Source: an uncultured Ruminococcus sp. (GTDB taxonomy: Bacteria > Bacillota > Clostridia > Oscillospirales > Acutalibacteraceae). Taken from it: 64,000 nt of DNA. The notes under the pieces are model-generated. The model searched no databases. It was not told the origin of the DNA and was given only the letters and a program-made list of their open reading frames with translations. Below, in pieces: positions 38,738 to 47,957 of the stretch. Position 1 is the stretch's first letter, and every line of letters begins with the position of its first letter. The stretch covers positions 2,154 to 66,153 of the forward strand of contig CACYFH010000001.1 in assembly GCA_902773635.1 (NCBI GenBank), in the 5' to 3' direction. The position numbers were made by a program, and so were the translations under genes.

Positions 38738-39865
38738 ATGATGAAAAGACTGTTTTGTATCCTGCTTTCCTGCGTGCTGATTGCGCTGACGGTCGCCGTG
38801 TTCCACGCGGATTCCGTGACGACCTCCGCGCGGGCGTTCGAGCTTTACTGCGCCGATAACGGCGAGGTTCTGCTCTCCGAGAACGCCGACGAGAAGCTCC
38901 CGATGGCTTCCACCACCAAGATCATGACGACCCTCTTGTGTCTGGAAGCGGCGGCGAAGGATAATAAAACGGTCGAATTCACTGAGGAAATGACTGCCGA
39001 GGGCAGCTCGATGTACCTCCAAGTCGGCGAGCGCGTCACCCTGCGCGATCTTGCCGTCGGCATGATGATGCAGTCGGGCAACGACGCCGCCAACGCCGCC
39101 GCCATCGCTATCGCGGGGAGTATCGAGGCCTTCGCTGATTTGATGAACGAGAAGGCGAAGGAGATCGGCATGGCGCATACCCATTTCGTCACTCCGAGCG
39201 GCTTGGACGATGAGGAGCACTATTCCTGCGCCCACGATATGGCGCTTCTGATGGCGTATGCCCTGCAGAATGAAGCCTTCGCGCAGATCACCTCCGAGAC
39301 CTCCATGACCGTCAGCTTTGTCGAGCCGCCCGAGAAAAAGGTCACTTATCCGAACCATAATAAGCTCTTGAAGCTGTACGAGGGCTGTATCGGCGGGAAA
39401 ACGGGCTATACCGACCGCAGCGGCAGGTGCCTTGTCTCCGCCGCAAAGCGCGACGGCGTGACCCTGATCGCCGTGACGCTCGACGATCCCGATGATTGGG
39501 ACGACCACATCGGGCTGTATACCTATGGCTTCAATGCTCTCTGCGCGGCACAGATGCCGAAGAGCGGCGGCTACACCGTCCCCCTCGTCGGTGCGGATGC
39601 GGATTCCGTGACGCTGACCTGCGCCGAGATTGCTTCCGCGGTTGTCCCGCGCGATCAGGTGAAGGATGTGCACATGAAGGTCAGCCTGCCGCCCTTTGTT
39701 TACGCGCCCTTGAAGAAGGGCGAGAGGGTAGGGGAGCTGGTATTTCTTCTCGACGGCGAGAAGGTCGCCTGCGTTCCGCTGACCGTCTCCGAGGCTGTCT
39801 CCTATAACGACAAAAAACGAGATTTCATTACATATATAAAGGATTTATTACATTGGCACAGCTAG
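38738..39865 (+). CDS. dacB: D-alanyl-D-alanine carboxypeptidase (S11, DacB-like)
   Basis: Signal peptide; ASTTK (SxxK), SGN and KTG motifs; start could instead be 38729 or 38741. Confidence 0.85.
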   Translation: MMKRLFCILLSCVLIALTVAVFHADSVTTSARAFELYCADNGEVLLSENADEKLPMASTTKIMTTLLCLEAAAKDNKTVEFTEEMTAEGSSMYLQVGERVTLRDLAVGMMMQSGNDAANAAAIAIAGSIEAFADLMNEKAKEIGMAHTHFVTPSGLDDEEHYSCAHDMALLMAYALQNEAFAQITSETSMTVSFVEPPEKKVTYPNHNKLLKLYEGCIGGKTGYTDRSGRCLVSAAKRDGVTLIAVTLDDPDDWDDHIGLYTYGFNALCAAQMPKSGGYTVPLVGADADSVTLTCAEIASAVVPRDQVKDVHMKVSLPPFVYAPLKKGERVGELVFLLDGEKVACVPLTVSEAVSYNDKKRDFITYIKDLLHWHS

Positions 39866-40614
39866 TCAGATTACAGAAGATGCTCGCCGACTGCGGCGTA
39901 GCCTCCAGAAGAAAAAGTGAAGAATTGATCGCCGCAGGCCGCGTCCGCGTCAACGGCAGAGTCGCGCAGATCGGCGATAAGGTCGATCCGTACAACGACA
40001 AGGTCTACGTCGGCAAGCGCCGCGTGACAGGCACCGCGAAGCCCAAGCTCCGCTATATCATGCTCAACAAGCCGCGCGGCGTGCTCACCACCATGAGCGA
40101 CGAGAAGGGGCGGCGCTGTGTCGCCGATCTGATCTCCGATATCGACGTGCGTCTGTACCCGGTCGGCAGGCTCGACCGCGACAGCGAGGGCATGCTCCTG
40201 ATGACCAACGACGGCGAGTTTGCGAACCATATCATGCACCCGAAGAAGCACGTCAACAAGGTCTACCGCGTGACTGTGCGCCCCAATATCAAGGACGAGC
40301 AGGTCGCAAAGCTGGAGGGCGGCGTCGTCATCGACGGCAGAAAGACCGCTCCCGCTCAGGTGCGCGTCGTCAGCCGCGATAAGGATGATGACCGCTGTGT
40401 GCTGGAGGTCGTGATCCGCGAGGGCAGGAACCGCCAGATCCGCAAGATGTGCGCGGCGGTCGGTCTGGACGTCGCCCGCTTGAAGCGCATCGCCATCGGC
40501 GGCGTGAAGCTCGGCGGTCTGCGCTCCGGCATGTACCGCGACCTGACGGATATCGAGATCAGAAAGCTCTATGCCGACCCGAACCCGAATGAGAATTTCG
40601 ATCCCTTTGCATAG
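39853..40614 (+). CDS. rluB: 23S rRNA pseudouridine synthase (RluB/RsuA family)
   Basis: S4 domain RLQK..ASRR; LNKPRG; VGRLDRDSEG; EGRNRQIRKM. Confidence 0.9.
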   Translation: MAQLVRLQKMLADCGVASRRKSEELIAAGRVRVNGRVAQIGDKVDPYNDKVYVGKRRVTGTAKPKLRYIMLNKPRGVLTTMSDEKGRRCVADLISDIDVRLYPVGRLDRDSEGMLLMTNDGEFANHIMHPKKHVNKVYRVTVRPNIKDEQVAKLEGGVVIDGRKTAPAQVRVVSRDKDDDRCVLEVVIREGRNRQIRKMCAAVGLDVARLKRIAIGGVKLGGLRSGMYRDLTDIEIRKLYADPNPNENFDPFA

Positions 40615-40615
40615 G

Positions 40616-40660
40616 GTAGGGACGAGCAGTGCTCGTCCGCGGACGGTCGATGACTGTCCC
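40616..40660. repeat. Fused inverted pair of GTAG-type REPs
   Basis: GTAGGG-ACGAGC-agt-GCTCGT-CCGC (40616-40640) overlapping inverted GGG-ACAGTC-atc-GACCGT-CCGC (40660-40639). Confidence 0.75.
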
Positions 40661-40694
40661 AAAAGTTATTCGAAACTGTTAACGGAGGACAAAT

Positions 40695-41045
40695 ATGCTG
40701 GTAGTCAAGCCCGACCCGAAGAATGAACAGAATACGACAAAGGCGCTCAACGCCTTTCTGGACGACGTGCCCTGCGGCTTTGTGCGCTTTCATCTGAACG
40801 GCTATATCATCGTGGTGGAGGAGCTTCTCCCGATCCCGGACGATCCGAAGAACATCGACAAGCCGACCTACGCCATCCTCGACACCATCATCCGCGCGCT
40901 CGGCTCCTACGGACTGAACCACTCCTGCTTCTATCTGGAGAGCGAGAACCCGGTTCTGTACGACACGCTCTCAGCGCTCCGCTTTGAGCATAAGGACGGG
41001 ATCATGAAGAGCGATCTCTCAAAGATCCTCAACCACAGCCATTAA
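40695..41045 (+). CDS. Hypothetical protein (possibly degenerate GNAT-like fold)
   Basis: Strong RBS GGAGG; host-like codon usage; no motif recognised with confidence. Confidence 0.6.
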   Translation: MLVVKPDPKNEQNTTKALNAFLDDVPCGFVRFHLNGYIIVVEELLPIPDDPKNIDKPTYAILDTIIRALGSYGLNHSCFYLESENPVLYDTLSALRFEHKDGIMKSDLSKILNHSH

Positions 41046-41202
41046 TTGATTTTGACAGCTTTCTTTACGGAAAGCTGTTTTTTTACTTGCGTTTTGCGCT
41101 ACTTTGATATATAATATAAAATGAATAAAAATGTGGTACTTTGCGTTATGGATATTTCCTTTACGGAATATTAACGCGGTATCTTCCATAGGAGGAATGT
41201 AT

Positions 41203-42486
41203 ATGAGTACAGAGAAGCTCACGTCTTACGACGTGTTGAACGCGTTCTTTGACGACGGCAGCTTTCAGGAGACTGACGCTTACTTGAAGAGCGCTGACGG
41301 CGAGGCTGAGGCTGTGACCGGTTTCGGTACGGTCGACGGCGTTCCCGCCTTCGCTTTCTCTCAGAATGTTGACGCTTGCGGCGGCGCGATGAGCAAAGCG
41401 CAGGCGAAGAAGATCATCCGTCTGTATAACGCGGCGCTGAAGACCGGCGCTCCCGTTGTCGGCTTCTATCAGTCCGTCGGCGGCAGACTGGAGCAGAAGT
41501 ATGAGCTTTTGGCGGCTTACGGCGATATTCTTCGCAAGTCCTCAAAGCTCAGCGGCGTTGTGCCGCAGGTCAGCGTCGTGCTGGGCAACTGCCTGGGCAC
41601 CTCCGCGCTGATCGCCGCATCCGCCGATTACATCATCATGAACAAAACAGCGAAGCTCTCCGTCGATACGACCGGAGAGAACGCTTCCGCTGACGATAAC
41701 CTGAGCGCGGGCGTTGCGTCCTTCGTCTGTGACGACGAGACCGCCTGCATCGAGAAGGCAAAGGCGCTTCTCGGTTATTTCCCCGCCAATAATCTGGAGC
41801 CTGCTCCCGCGTTCGAGACCGTTCCGGCTTATGCGGATCCCGATAAGCTCCCGAAGTACTTTGCGGACGAGAACTCTCTGCTCTGTGTCGGCGGCGGCTA
41901 CGGCGAGCCGACCTGCACCGCCTTCGGCCGCGTGAACGGCTATCCCGTGGGCATCGTCGTCACCAAGGGCGGCGAGATCAGCTCCGACGGCGCGAGGAAG
42001 ATCATGAAGCATGTTCGCTTCTGCGACGCGTTCTCTCTGCCGATCATCACGCTGGTGGACGCGGAGAAGTTCGAGACCCTCGCTGACGCCTCCAAGCTCG
42101 TTTCCGTCTATGCCGAGGCGACCGCTCCCAAGCTGAGCATCATCTCCGGCACGGCTGTCGGCGCGACCTACATCGCGCTCGCGGGCTCTGCGTCCGGCGC
42201 GGATTTCGTCTACGCTCTGCCCGAGGCGGTCGTATCTCCCGTAGCTCCCAAGGCGGCGGCGTTCATCATGGACGCTGAGATCGCGGACGCTCCGGTTGCC
42301 GAGCAGGAAGCGCGCGCGCAGGCGTATATCAAGGCGAACCTCACCGCTGTGAAGGCTGCTGAGGACGGCTATGTGGACGACATCGTCATGCCTGCCGCTC
42401 TGCGTGAGAAGCTGGTCTCTGCGCTCGATATCCTGTCCGCGAAGCGCGTCTCCACTCTCCCGAAGAAGCACACCACCGCACTGTAA
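41203..42486 (+). CDS. Shortened, divergent acyl-CoA carboxyltransferase (MmdA/12S-like)
   Basis: FFDDGSFQE; VTGFGTVDG; ALKTGAPVVG; RFCDAFSLPIITLVD; C-terminal LPKKH. Confidence 0.85.
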   Translation: MSTEKLTSYDVLNAFFDDGSFQETDAYLKSADGEAEAVTGFGTVDGVPAFAFSQNVDACGGAMSKAQAKKIIRLYNAALKTGAPVVGFYQSVGGRLEQKYELLAAYGDILRKSSKLSGVVPQVSVVLGNCLGTSALIAASADYIIMNKTAKLSVDTTGENASADDNLSAGVASFVCDDETACIEKAKALLGYFPANNLEPAPAFETVPAYADPDKLPKYFADENSLLCVGGGYGEPTCTAFGRVNGYPVGIVVTKGGEISSDGARKIMKHVRFCDAFSLPIITLVDAEKFETLADASKLVSVYAEATAPKLSIISGTAVGATYIALAGSASGADFVYALPEAVVSPVAPKAAAFIMDAEIADAPVAEQEARAQAYIKANLTAVKAAEDGYVDDIVMPAALREKLVSALDILSAKRVSTLPKKHTTAL

Positions 42487-42519
42487 TCTGTCAAAAATTC
42501 ACATAAAGAGGTAATCAAT

Positions 42520-42885
42520 ATGAAAAATCTGAGAATCACCGTGAACGGTATCGCATATGACGTACAGGTAGAGGAGCTCTCCGGCGACGCTGTCGCTTCC
42601 GCTCCTTCTGCTCCTTCTGCTCCTGCTCCCGCTAAAGCTCCCGCCGCTCCTAAGAAGGCGGCTGTCGGAGCAGGTGAGAAGGTCGCCGCTCCGATGCCCG
42701 GCACCATCGTTTCCGTCAACGTTTCCGACGGTCAGGCTGTCAAGAAGGGCGACGTCCTCGTTGTCCTCGAAGCCATGAAGATGGAGAACGAGATCAAGGC
42801 GCCCGCCGACGGCACCGTCACCTCCGTCGCTGTTTCCAAGGGCGAGAGCGTTGACACCGGCGCGACCCTTGTGACCATCGCGTAA
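42520..42885 (+). CDS. Biotin carboxyl carrier protein (1.3S/MmdC-like)
   Basis: ITVNG..YDV.VEE; Ala/Pro linker; EAMKMENEI biotinylation motif. Confidence 0.95.
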   Translation: MKNLRITVNGIAYDVQVEELSGDAVASAPSAPSAPAPAKAPAAPKKAAVGAGEKVAAPMPGTIVSVNVSDGQAVKKGDVLVVLEAMKMENEIKAPADGTVTSVAVSKGESVDTGATLVTIA

Positions 42886-42897
42886 GGGGAGTGCAGT

Positions 42898-44298
42898 ATG
42901 AGCAGAAAAATCCTTATCACAGACACCACCCTGCGTGACGCGCACCAGAGCCTGATCGCGACCCGCATGACCACGGAGGAGATGCTCCCGATCCTCGACG
43001 AGATGGACAAGATCGGCTTCTATTCTCTGGAATGCTGGGGCGGCGCGACCTTTGACAGTTGTCTGCGTTTTTTGAACGAAGATCCGTGGCAGCGCCTTCG
43101 TACCATCCGCGATCACTGCAAGAACACCAAGCTGCAGATGCTCTTCCGCGGTCAGAATATGCTCGGCTACCGCCATTATGCGGACGACGTTCTGGAATAT
43201 TTCGTCCAGAAGACCGCCGCGAACGGTATCGACATCATCCGTATTTTCGACGCGCTGAATGATATCAAGAATCTCCGCACCGCGATCAAGGCGGCGAAGA
43301 AGGAGGGCGCTCACGCGCAGGTAGCGATCAGCTACACCACCGGTCCAGTTTTCACCGATGAATACTATGTAGAGTATGCGAAGCGCATCGCCGACGCGGG
43401 CGCTGACTCCATCTGCATCAAGGATATGGCGGCGCTCCTCACGCCTTACCGCACGGAGAAGCTCGTCAGAGCCATCAAGGGCGCTGTCGACCTGCCGTTA
43501 CAGCTCCACACCCACTATACCTCGGGACTTGCTTCCATGTGCCTGATGAAGGGCGTTGAGGCGGGCGTCGATATGATCGACACCGCGATGTCTCCGCTCG
43601 CACTCGGCACCTCTCATGCGCCGACCGAGAGCATGGTCGCGGCGTTCATGGGCACGGAATATGACACCGGCATCGGGCTTGAGAGCTTAACGCCCATCCG
43701 CGATTACTTCATGACCCTGCGTGAGAAGTACATCAAGAGCGGTCTCTTAGACCCCAAGATGCTCGCGACGGACGCGAAGGCGCTGATCTATCAGGTTCCC
43801 GGCGGTATGCTCTCGAACCTTCTCTCTCAGCTCAAGCAGGCGGGCAAGGAGGATAAGCTCACCGAGGTTCTTAACGAAGTCCCGCGCGTGCGTGAGGACA
43901 GCGGTTATCCGCCGCTCGTCACGCCGACCTCTCAGATCGTCGGCACGCAGGCGGTGTTCAACGTCATCATGGGCGAGCGCTACAAGATGTGCACCAACGA
44001 GTTCAAGGATCTCGTCGCCGGCAAGTACGGCACCACGCCGATGCCGATCGACCCCGAGTTCCGCAAGAGGATCATCGGCGATATGCAGCCCATCGACTGC
44101 CGTCCCGCAGATCTTTTGGAGCCGGAGCTGGAGAAGCTGCGTGCGGAGATCCCGCAGTATATTGAGCAGGAGGAGGACGTCCTCAGCTACGCGCAGTTCC
44201 CGAAGGTCGCCGTCGACTTCTTTGAGAAGCGCCGCAACAAGAAGCTGGGCATCAACTCCGAGCTTCTCGACAAGACCAATAAGGTTCATCCTGTATAA
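42898..44298 (+). CDS. Pyruvate/oxaloacetate carboxyltransferase (OadA / transcarboxylase 5S-like), without fused biotinyl domain
   Basis: LRDAHQSLIATRM; ECWGGATFD; IKDMA; HTHYT; PGGMLSN; LVTPTSQIVG. Confidence 0.92.
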   Translation: MSRKILITDTTLRDAHQSLIATRMTTEEMLPILDEMDKIGFYSLECWGGATFDSCLRFLNEDPWQRLRTIRDHCKNTKLQMLFRGQNMLGYRHYADDVLEYFVQKTAANGIDIIRIFDALNDIKNLRTAIKAAKKEGAHAQVAISYTTGPVFTDEYYVEYAKRIADAGADSICIKDMAALLTPYRTEKLVRAIKGAVDLPLQLHTHYTSGLASMCLMKGVEAGVDMIDTAMSPLALGTSHAPTESMVAAFMGTEYDTGIGLESLTPIRDYFMTLREKYIKSGLLDPKMLATDAKALIYQVPGGMLSNLLSQLKQAGKEDKLTEVLNEVPRVREDSGYPPLVTPTSQIVGTQAVFNVIMGERYKMCTNEFKDLVAGKYGTTPMPIDPEFRKRIIGDMQPIDCRPADLLEPELEKLRAEIPQYIEQEEDVLSYAQFPKVAVDFFEKRRNKKLGINSELLDKTNKVHPV

Positions 44299-44327
44299 AA
44301 GAAGGCACCCTCTCGGGTGCCTTTTTC
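44297..44327. terminator. Bidirectional terminator
   Basis: AAAAGAAGGCACCC-tctc-GGGTGCCTTTTT. Confidence 0.7.
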
Positions 44328-45447
44328 ATGTCTTTATGACGCCGTATTGGAATTCGTTCAGCGGATAGTCGGGAGTTTGCCTGCAGTTCATCAGGTCAGT
44401 CGCGCGGATATCCACGTCGAATACTTCCTTTGCATTTTGATCGAGCTGTTCATAGCCGTGCTTGACGTCGACGAGAAGGGGGAGGTTGCGCGATTTGATC
44501 AGATGGCTCATATCCCGCCTGACGCCGAGCACGCGGACATAGGGGACGGGACTGTCCTGCAGCTCCTGCGTGATGTTCAGCACGATGGATAATGCGATCC
44601 TTCTCAGCCGCGCCATGGTGTAGCGCTTGGTTTTTGCGGCGGTGAGAATCTCATCCAGCGTGTTGTACTGCTGCGCACATTTGTACAGGCGGTTGTTGAT
44701 CCCTTCCGCGACGCCCGCGATCTTCTCTGATATTTCGGGCTTCGTGGTTTTGAGCAGAAAGACAGGGATTCGGTCATTCTTTTCAAAGGTGTAGACGGTT
44801 TTGACTGCCATCGGCGTGTACGCGGAATAGTCCTCGCCTGATAAGATCATCGCGCGGAGCTTGGAGGCGGAGGCAATATTCCCGCTCGTCAGCTCGCTGT
44901 CATGCGCCGCGCCCTCGCGCGGGATCGCGACAGGTCGGATGCCGAACTCCCGACAGGCGCGGATGTATTCGATCGCGAGGATGTTGTTGGGCTGACTGAT
45001 GATCTCTGCGTATTTTTCTCCGAGAGCTTCCGAGACGGCTCTCGGGTAGTAGGTGCCGCTCTGCATCCGTGCGCCGATCTCCTCCTGCGTATCGTCGCGG
45101 TCGAGCGCGTCGAGGGTCTCCTCCAAGTCGGAAAGGCTGTTCTCCGCGCCGAAGCAGAGCATGTCGCAGTTCAATTCATAGGCAAGCTGCACGCCGCTGT
45201 GCGCGAAAACCGGAGCGGGGGAGACGGCGTAGACCGTCGGCAGCTCGACGATCATATCCGCGCCGTTTTGAAGCGCCGCCTTTGTACGAGCGAATTTGTC
45301 GGTGATCGCGATATCGCCGCGCTGGACGAAGTTTCCGCTCATGATGCAGACGATCTCGTCCGCGTATTCCGCTTTAATTTTCTCTAAGAGAAATTTGTGA
45401 CCGTTATGAAACGGATTGAACTCGCATATCACGCCTGCCCTGGGCAT
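44326..45447 (-). CDS. tmcAL: tRNA(Met) cytidine acetate ligase (HIGH-family nucleotidyltransferase)
   Basis: CEFNPFHNGH; MSGNFVQRG; PNNILAIEY; KTKRYTMARLRR; divergent from ackA; true start is 45447. Confidence 0.88.
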   Translation of the reverse strand: MPRAGVICEFNPFHNGHKFLLEKIKAEYADEIVCIMSGNFVQRGDIAITDKFARTKAALQNGADMIVELPTVYAVSPAPVFAHSGVQLAYELNCDMLCFGAENSLSDLEETLDALDRDDTQEEIGARMQSGTYYPRAVSEALGEKYAEIISQPNNILAIEYIRACREFGIRPVAIPREGAAHDSELTSGNIASASKLRAMILSGEDYSAYTPMAVKTVYTFEKNDRIPVFLLKTTKPEISEKIAGVAEGINNRLYKCAQQYNTLDEILTAAKTKRYTMARLRRIALSIVLNITQELQDSPVPYVRVLGVRRDMSHLIKSRNLPLLVDVKHGYEQLDQNAKEVFDVDIRATDLMNCRQTPDYPLNEFQYGVIKT

Positions 45448-45546
45448 ATTCTCACCAACTTTCAGAAAATGCTTGAAAATCCCTGTAAAATAGTCTATTA
45501 TAGTATATGTCAAAAAATTGCATTTTTCAATAGGAGGAAACCTTTT

Positions 45547-46749
45547 ATGAAAATTCTTGTTATCAACGCGGGCAGCTCCAGCCTGAAATACCAGCTGATC
45601 GACATGGACACCGAGCAGATGATCGCCAAGGGCAACTGCGAGCGTATCGGTCAGGAGGGCTCTTTCATCGGTCATAAGACCGCCGACGGCCGCTCCTTCA
45701 CCAAGGAAATTCCCATGCCCGACCACGCGAAGGCGTTCATCGCGGTCAGCGACGCGCTTCTTTCCGAGGAATTCGGCGTGATCAAGAATCTGGACGAGGT
45801 CGCCGCGATCGGTCACCGTATCGTCCAGGGCGGCGCGCTGTTCAGCGATCCCGAGCTTGTCACCGAGGAAGTCATCAAGGGCATCGAGAGCCTGATCCCG
45901 CTTGCTCCGCTCCATAACCCCGGCCATGTACAGGCGATCCGCGGCTGTCAGCAGGTATTCGGCGACAAGATCCCGATGGTCGTCGTATTCGATACCGCGT
46001 TCCATTCCACCATGCCCGAGAAGGCGTATATGTACGCTGTTCCCTATGAGTATTATGAGAAGTACGCTGTCCGCCGTTACGGCGCTCACGGCACCTCTCA
46101 CCGCTTCGTTTCCGGCGCGATGGCTGATCTGATGGGCAAGGACATCAAGGACTTAAAGCTCATCACCTGCCATATCGGCAACGGCTCCTCCATTACCGCC
46201 GTCAAGAACGGCAAGGTCGTCGACACCTCTATGGGTCTGACCCCGCTCGACGGTATCCTGATGGGCACCCGCTCCGGCTGTCTCGATCCCTCTGTCGTCA
46301 CCTTCATCGCTGAGAAGGAAGGCTTCACTCCCGCAGAGATGAACACCCTGCTCAACAAGAAGTCCGGTCTCTTGGGTATCTCCGGCGTTTCCTCCGATGA
46401 CCGCGACGTCACCAAGGCTGAGGAAGAGGGCAACCACCGCGCTCACCTCGTCCACGAGATGCTGTACTACCAGATCGCGAAGTACATCGGTCAGTACTGG
46501 GTCGCGATGGGCGGCTGTGACGGTATCGTCTTCACCGCGGGTCTCGGCGAGAACCAGCCCGTTCTGCGCGAGTCCGTCATCGACTATCTCTCCTTCGCCG
46601 GCGTGAAGCTGAACAAGGAAGTCAACGCCGTCACCAGAGACACCGCCTTCATCTCCGCTGATGATTCCTCCATCCCCGTCGCCGTTATCGCGACCAACGA
46701 GGAGCTCGCCATCACAAGAGACACCAAGGCGATCGTCGAGAAGCTGTAA
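45547..46749 (+). CDS. ackA: Acetate kinase
   Basis: ILVINAGSSSLKYQL; GHRIV; APLHNP; FDTAFH; HGTSH; TSMGLTPL; TNEELAI. Confidence 0.97.
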   Translation: MKILVINAGSSSLKYQLIDMDTEQMIAKGNCERIGQEGSFIGHKTADGRSFTKEIPMPDHAKAFIAVSDALLSEEFGVIKNLDEVAAIGHRIVQGGALFSDPELVTEEVIKGIESLIPLAPLHNPGHVQAIRGCQQVFGDKIPMVVVFDTAFHSTMPEKAYMYAVPYEYYEKYAVRRYGAHGTSHRFVSGAMADLMGKDIKDLKLITCHIGNGSSITAVKNGKVVDTSMGLTPLDGILMGTRSGCLDPSVVTFIAEKEGFTPAEMNTLLNKKSGLLGISGVSSDDRDVTKAEEEGNHRAHLVHEMLYYQIAKYIGQYWVAMGGCDGIVFTAGLGENQPVLRESVIDYLSFAGVKLNKEVNAVTRDTAFISADDSSIPVAVIATNEELAITRDTKAIVEKL

Positions 46750-46767
46750 GCGAAACAATGTATTCCG

Positions 46768-46795
46768 AACCGCTCCTGAAAAGGGGCGGTTTTTT
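46768..46795 (+). terminator. Intrinsic terminator after ackA
   Basis: AACCGCTCCT-gaaa-AGGGGCGGTT-TTTT. Confidence 0.75.
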
Positions 46796-46948
46796 CATGC
46801 AGAAAGCAAAAACAACCAAATGCTTTTATTTTTAACAAGTGTTAACAAAAAAAGCTAAGATAAAGACAAAGAAAAAAGAAAGAAAAAGAAAATGTAATGT
46901 AATGAAATGAGAAAGAAAAGGAAAAAGAAAAAGACAAAGCAGGCGTAC

Positions 46949-47007
46949 TTTTCAACATTTCAACAGGTTATCCACAGAGTTATCAACATAAGGGCGGGTT
47001 ATCAACA
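46949..47007 (+). promoter_or_regulatory. DnaA-box cluster
   Basis: TTTTCAACA 46949, ATTTCAACA 46957, TTATCCACA 46968 (perfect), TTATCAACA 46980 and TTATCAACA 46999, all co-oriented. Confidence 0.7.
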
Positions 47008-47077
47008 TCAATATATAACAAAAGCACTTATGACCGAAAGCTGCCATAAGTGCTCTGTTGTTCCTTTGTATGGGTTA

Positions 47078-47305
47078 TCAGGTGGCTGACGTCCGATAGT
47101 CATGATCGCCCGCTTCCGTGGTATCGCGGAACAGAAGCGAGATGCACCACAGCGCGGCGAGCGCGACGAGAACGTAGACGATCCTGCTGACAACGCCCGA
47201 CTGACCTCCGAAGAAGAAGCCGACGATGTCGAACTGAAACAGACCTATGCTGCCCCAGTTGATGCCGCCGACGATCAGCAGCGACAGCGCAATTTTATCC
47301 AGCAT
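47078..47305 (-). CDS. DUF378 (YuzA-like) small membrane protein
   Basis: LLIVGGINWG.IGLFQFDIV..SRIVYVLV; RBS AAGGAGG. Confidence 0.88.
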   Translation of the reverse strand: MLDKIALSLLIVGGINWGSIGLFQFDIVGFFFGGQSGVVSRIVYVLVALAALWCISLLFRDTTEAGDHDYRTSAT

Positions 47306-47365
47306 CGGTAAAACCTCCTTACACAAAAGCTGTAATGCTAGTATTCACCGAGCGGACGCGTTTAT

Positions 47366-47746
47366 TCAGATAACATTTGTCAGATACAGGATCAGCACGA
47401 TCAGACCGAGTGCAAAAATGATCGAGGCGATGATCTTTGTGATCTTGATCGCTTTTTTCAATTTATATTTGTGGATCATGATCTCAGGCGGGAAGGGGAG
47501 GAAAAAGTACATCGCGCCGAGGATCATCAGGGAGGAAGCTCCGCCGATCGCGCCGACGTCCCGCAGGAAGCTGTACAAGAAGATGCAGATGCCGATCGCG
47601 ATGACGAAAATGCCGTTGATCACGGAATAGGGCTTCTGGAACTTGTGTCTGAGCTCATAGAAGCGGTTCGCCTCGTCCTGACAGGCGTCGCAGCAGTACA
47701 TTTCGTGGTAGGAGATCTCTTTTCCGCAGTATTCGCATTGTTTCAT
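47366..47746 (-). CDS. Zn-ribbon (CxxC..CxxxC, DUF2116-like) protein with three TM helices
   Basis: MKQCEYCGKEI..YCCDACQ followed by hydrophobic segments. Confidence 0.7.
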   Translation of the reverse strand: MKQCEYCGKEISYHEMYCCDACQDEANRFYELRHKFQKPYSVINGIFVIAIGICIFLYSFLRDVGAIGGASSLMILGAMYFFLPFPPEIMIHKYKLKKAIKITKIIASIIFALGLIVLILYLTNVI

Positions 47747-47867
47747 ACTTATCACCGTGTCCTATCATAGCATGAATCAAAAGCTTTTGCAACATTTATA
47801 CTAATTTCTATTTTTAAAATTGGGTAATATGTGCAAATATCGATCTAATATTTGTAGAAAAAGTGAA

Positions 47868-47940
47868 TTGAAGAACGTTTACAAATTTGCTATACTAAAC
47901 TATGAGGAATACTCAGTACTATGTAACCCGTATCGGTTAC
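47868..47940 (+). promoter_or_regulatory. Amylase promoter and palindromic operator
   Basis: TTGAAG-17-TATACT (extended TG); GTAACC-N6-GGTTAC palindrome at 47923-47940, just before the RBS. Confidence 0.55.
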
Positions 47941-47957
47941 GCTTTAGGAGGAATAAT

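Noticed and set aside
44326-46101. 591-aa minus-strand ORF suggesting a long N-terminal fusion on TmcAL
   Set aside because: The extension is the antisense shadow of ackA; the family motif starts at ATG 45447, which has its own RBS
46800-47020. Chromosomal oriC
   Set aside because: No dnaA/dnaN/rpmH nearby, no evident DnaA-trio run, and genes stay mostly on the plus strand on both sides; kept only as a DnaA-box cluster
46907-47089. Lys-rich 60-aa ORF
   Set aside because: Product of the A-rich tract and DnaA boxes; no RBS and atypical codon usage
47339-47367. SigF/SigG-like promoter for the DUF378 gene (GAATA-14-GTGAATACTA, minus strand)
   Set aside because: Plausible, but spacing and match are too loose to call from sequence alone
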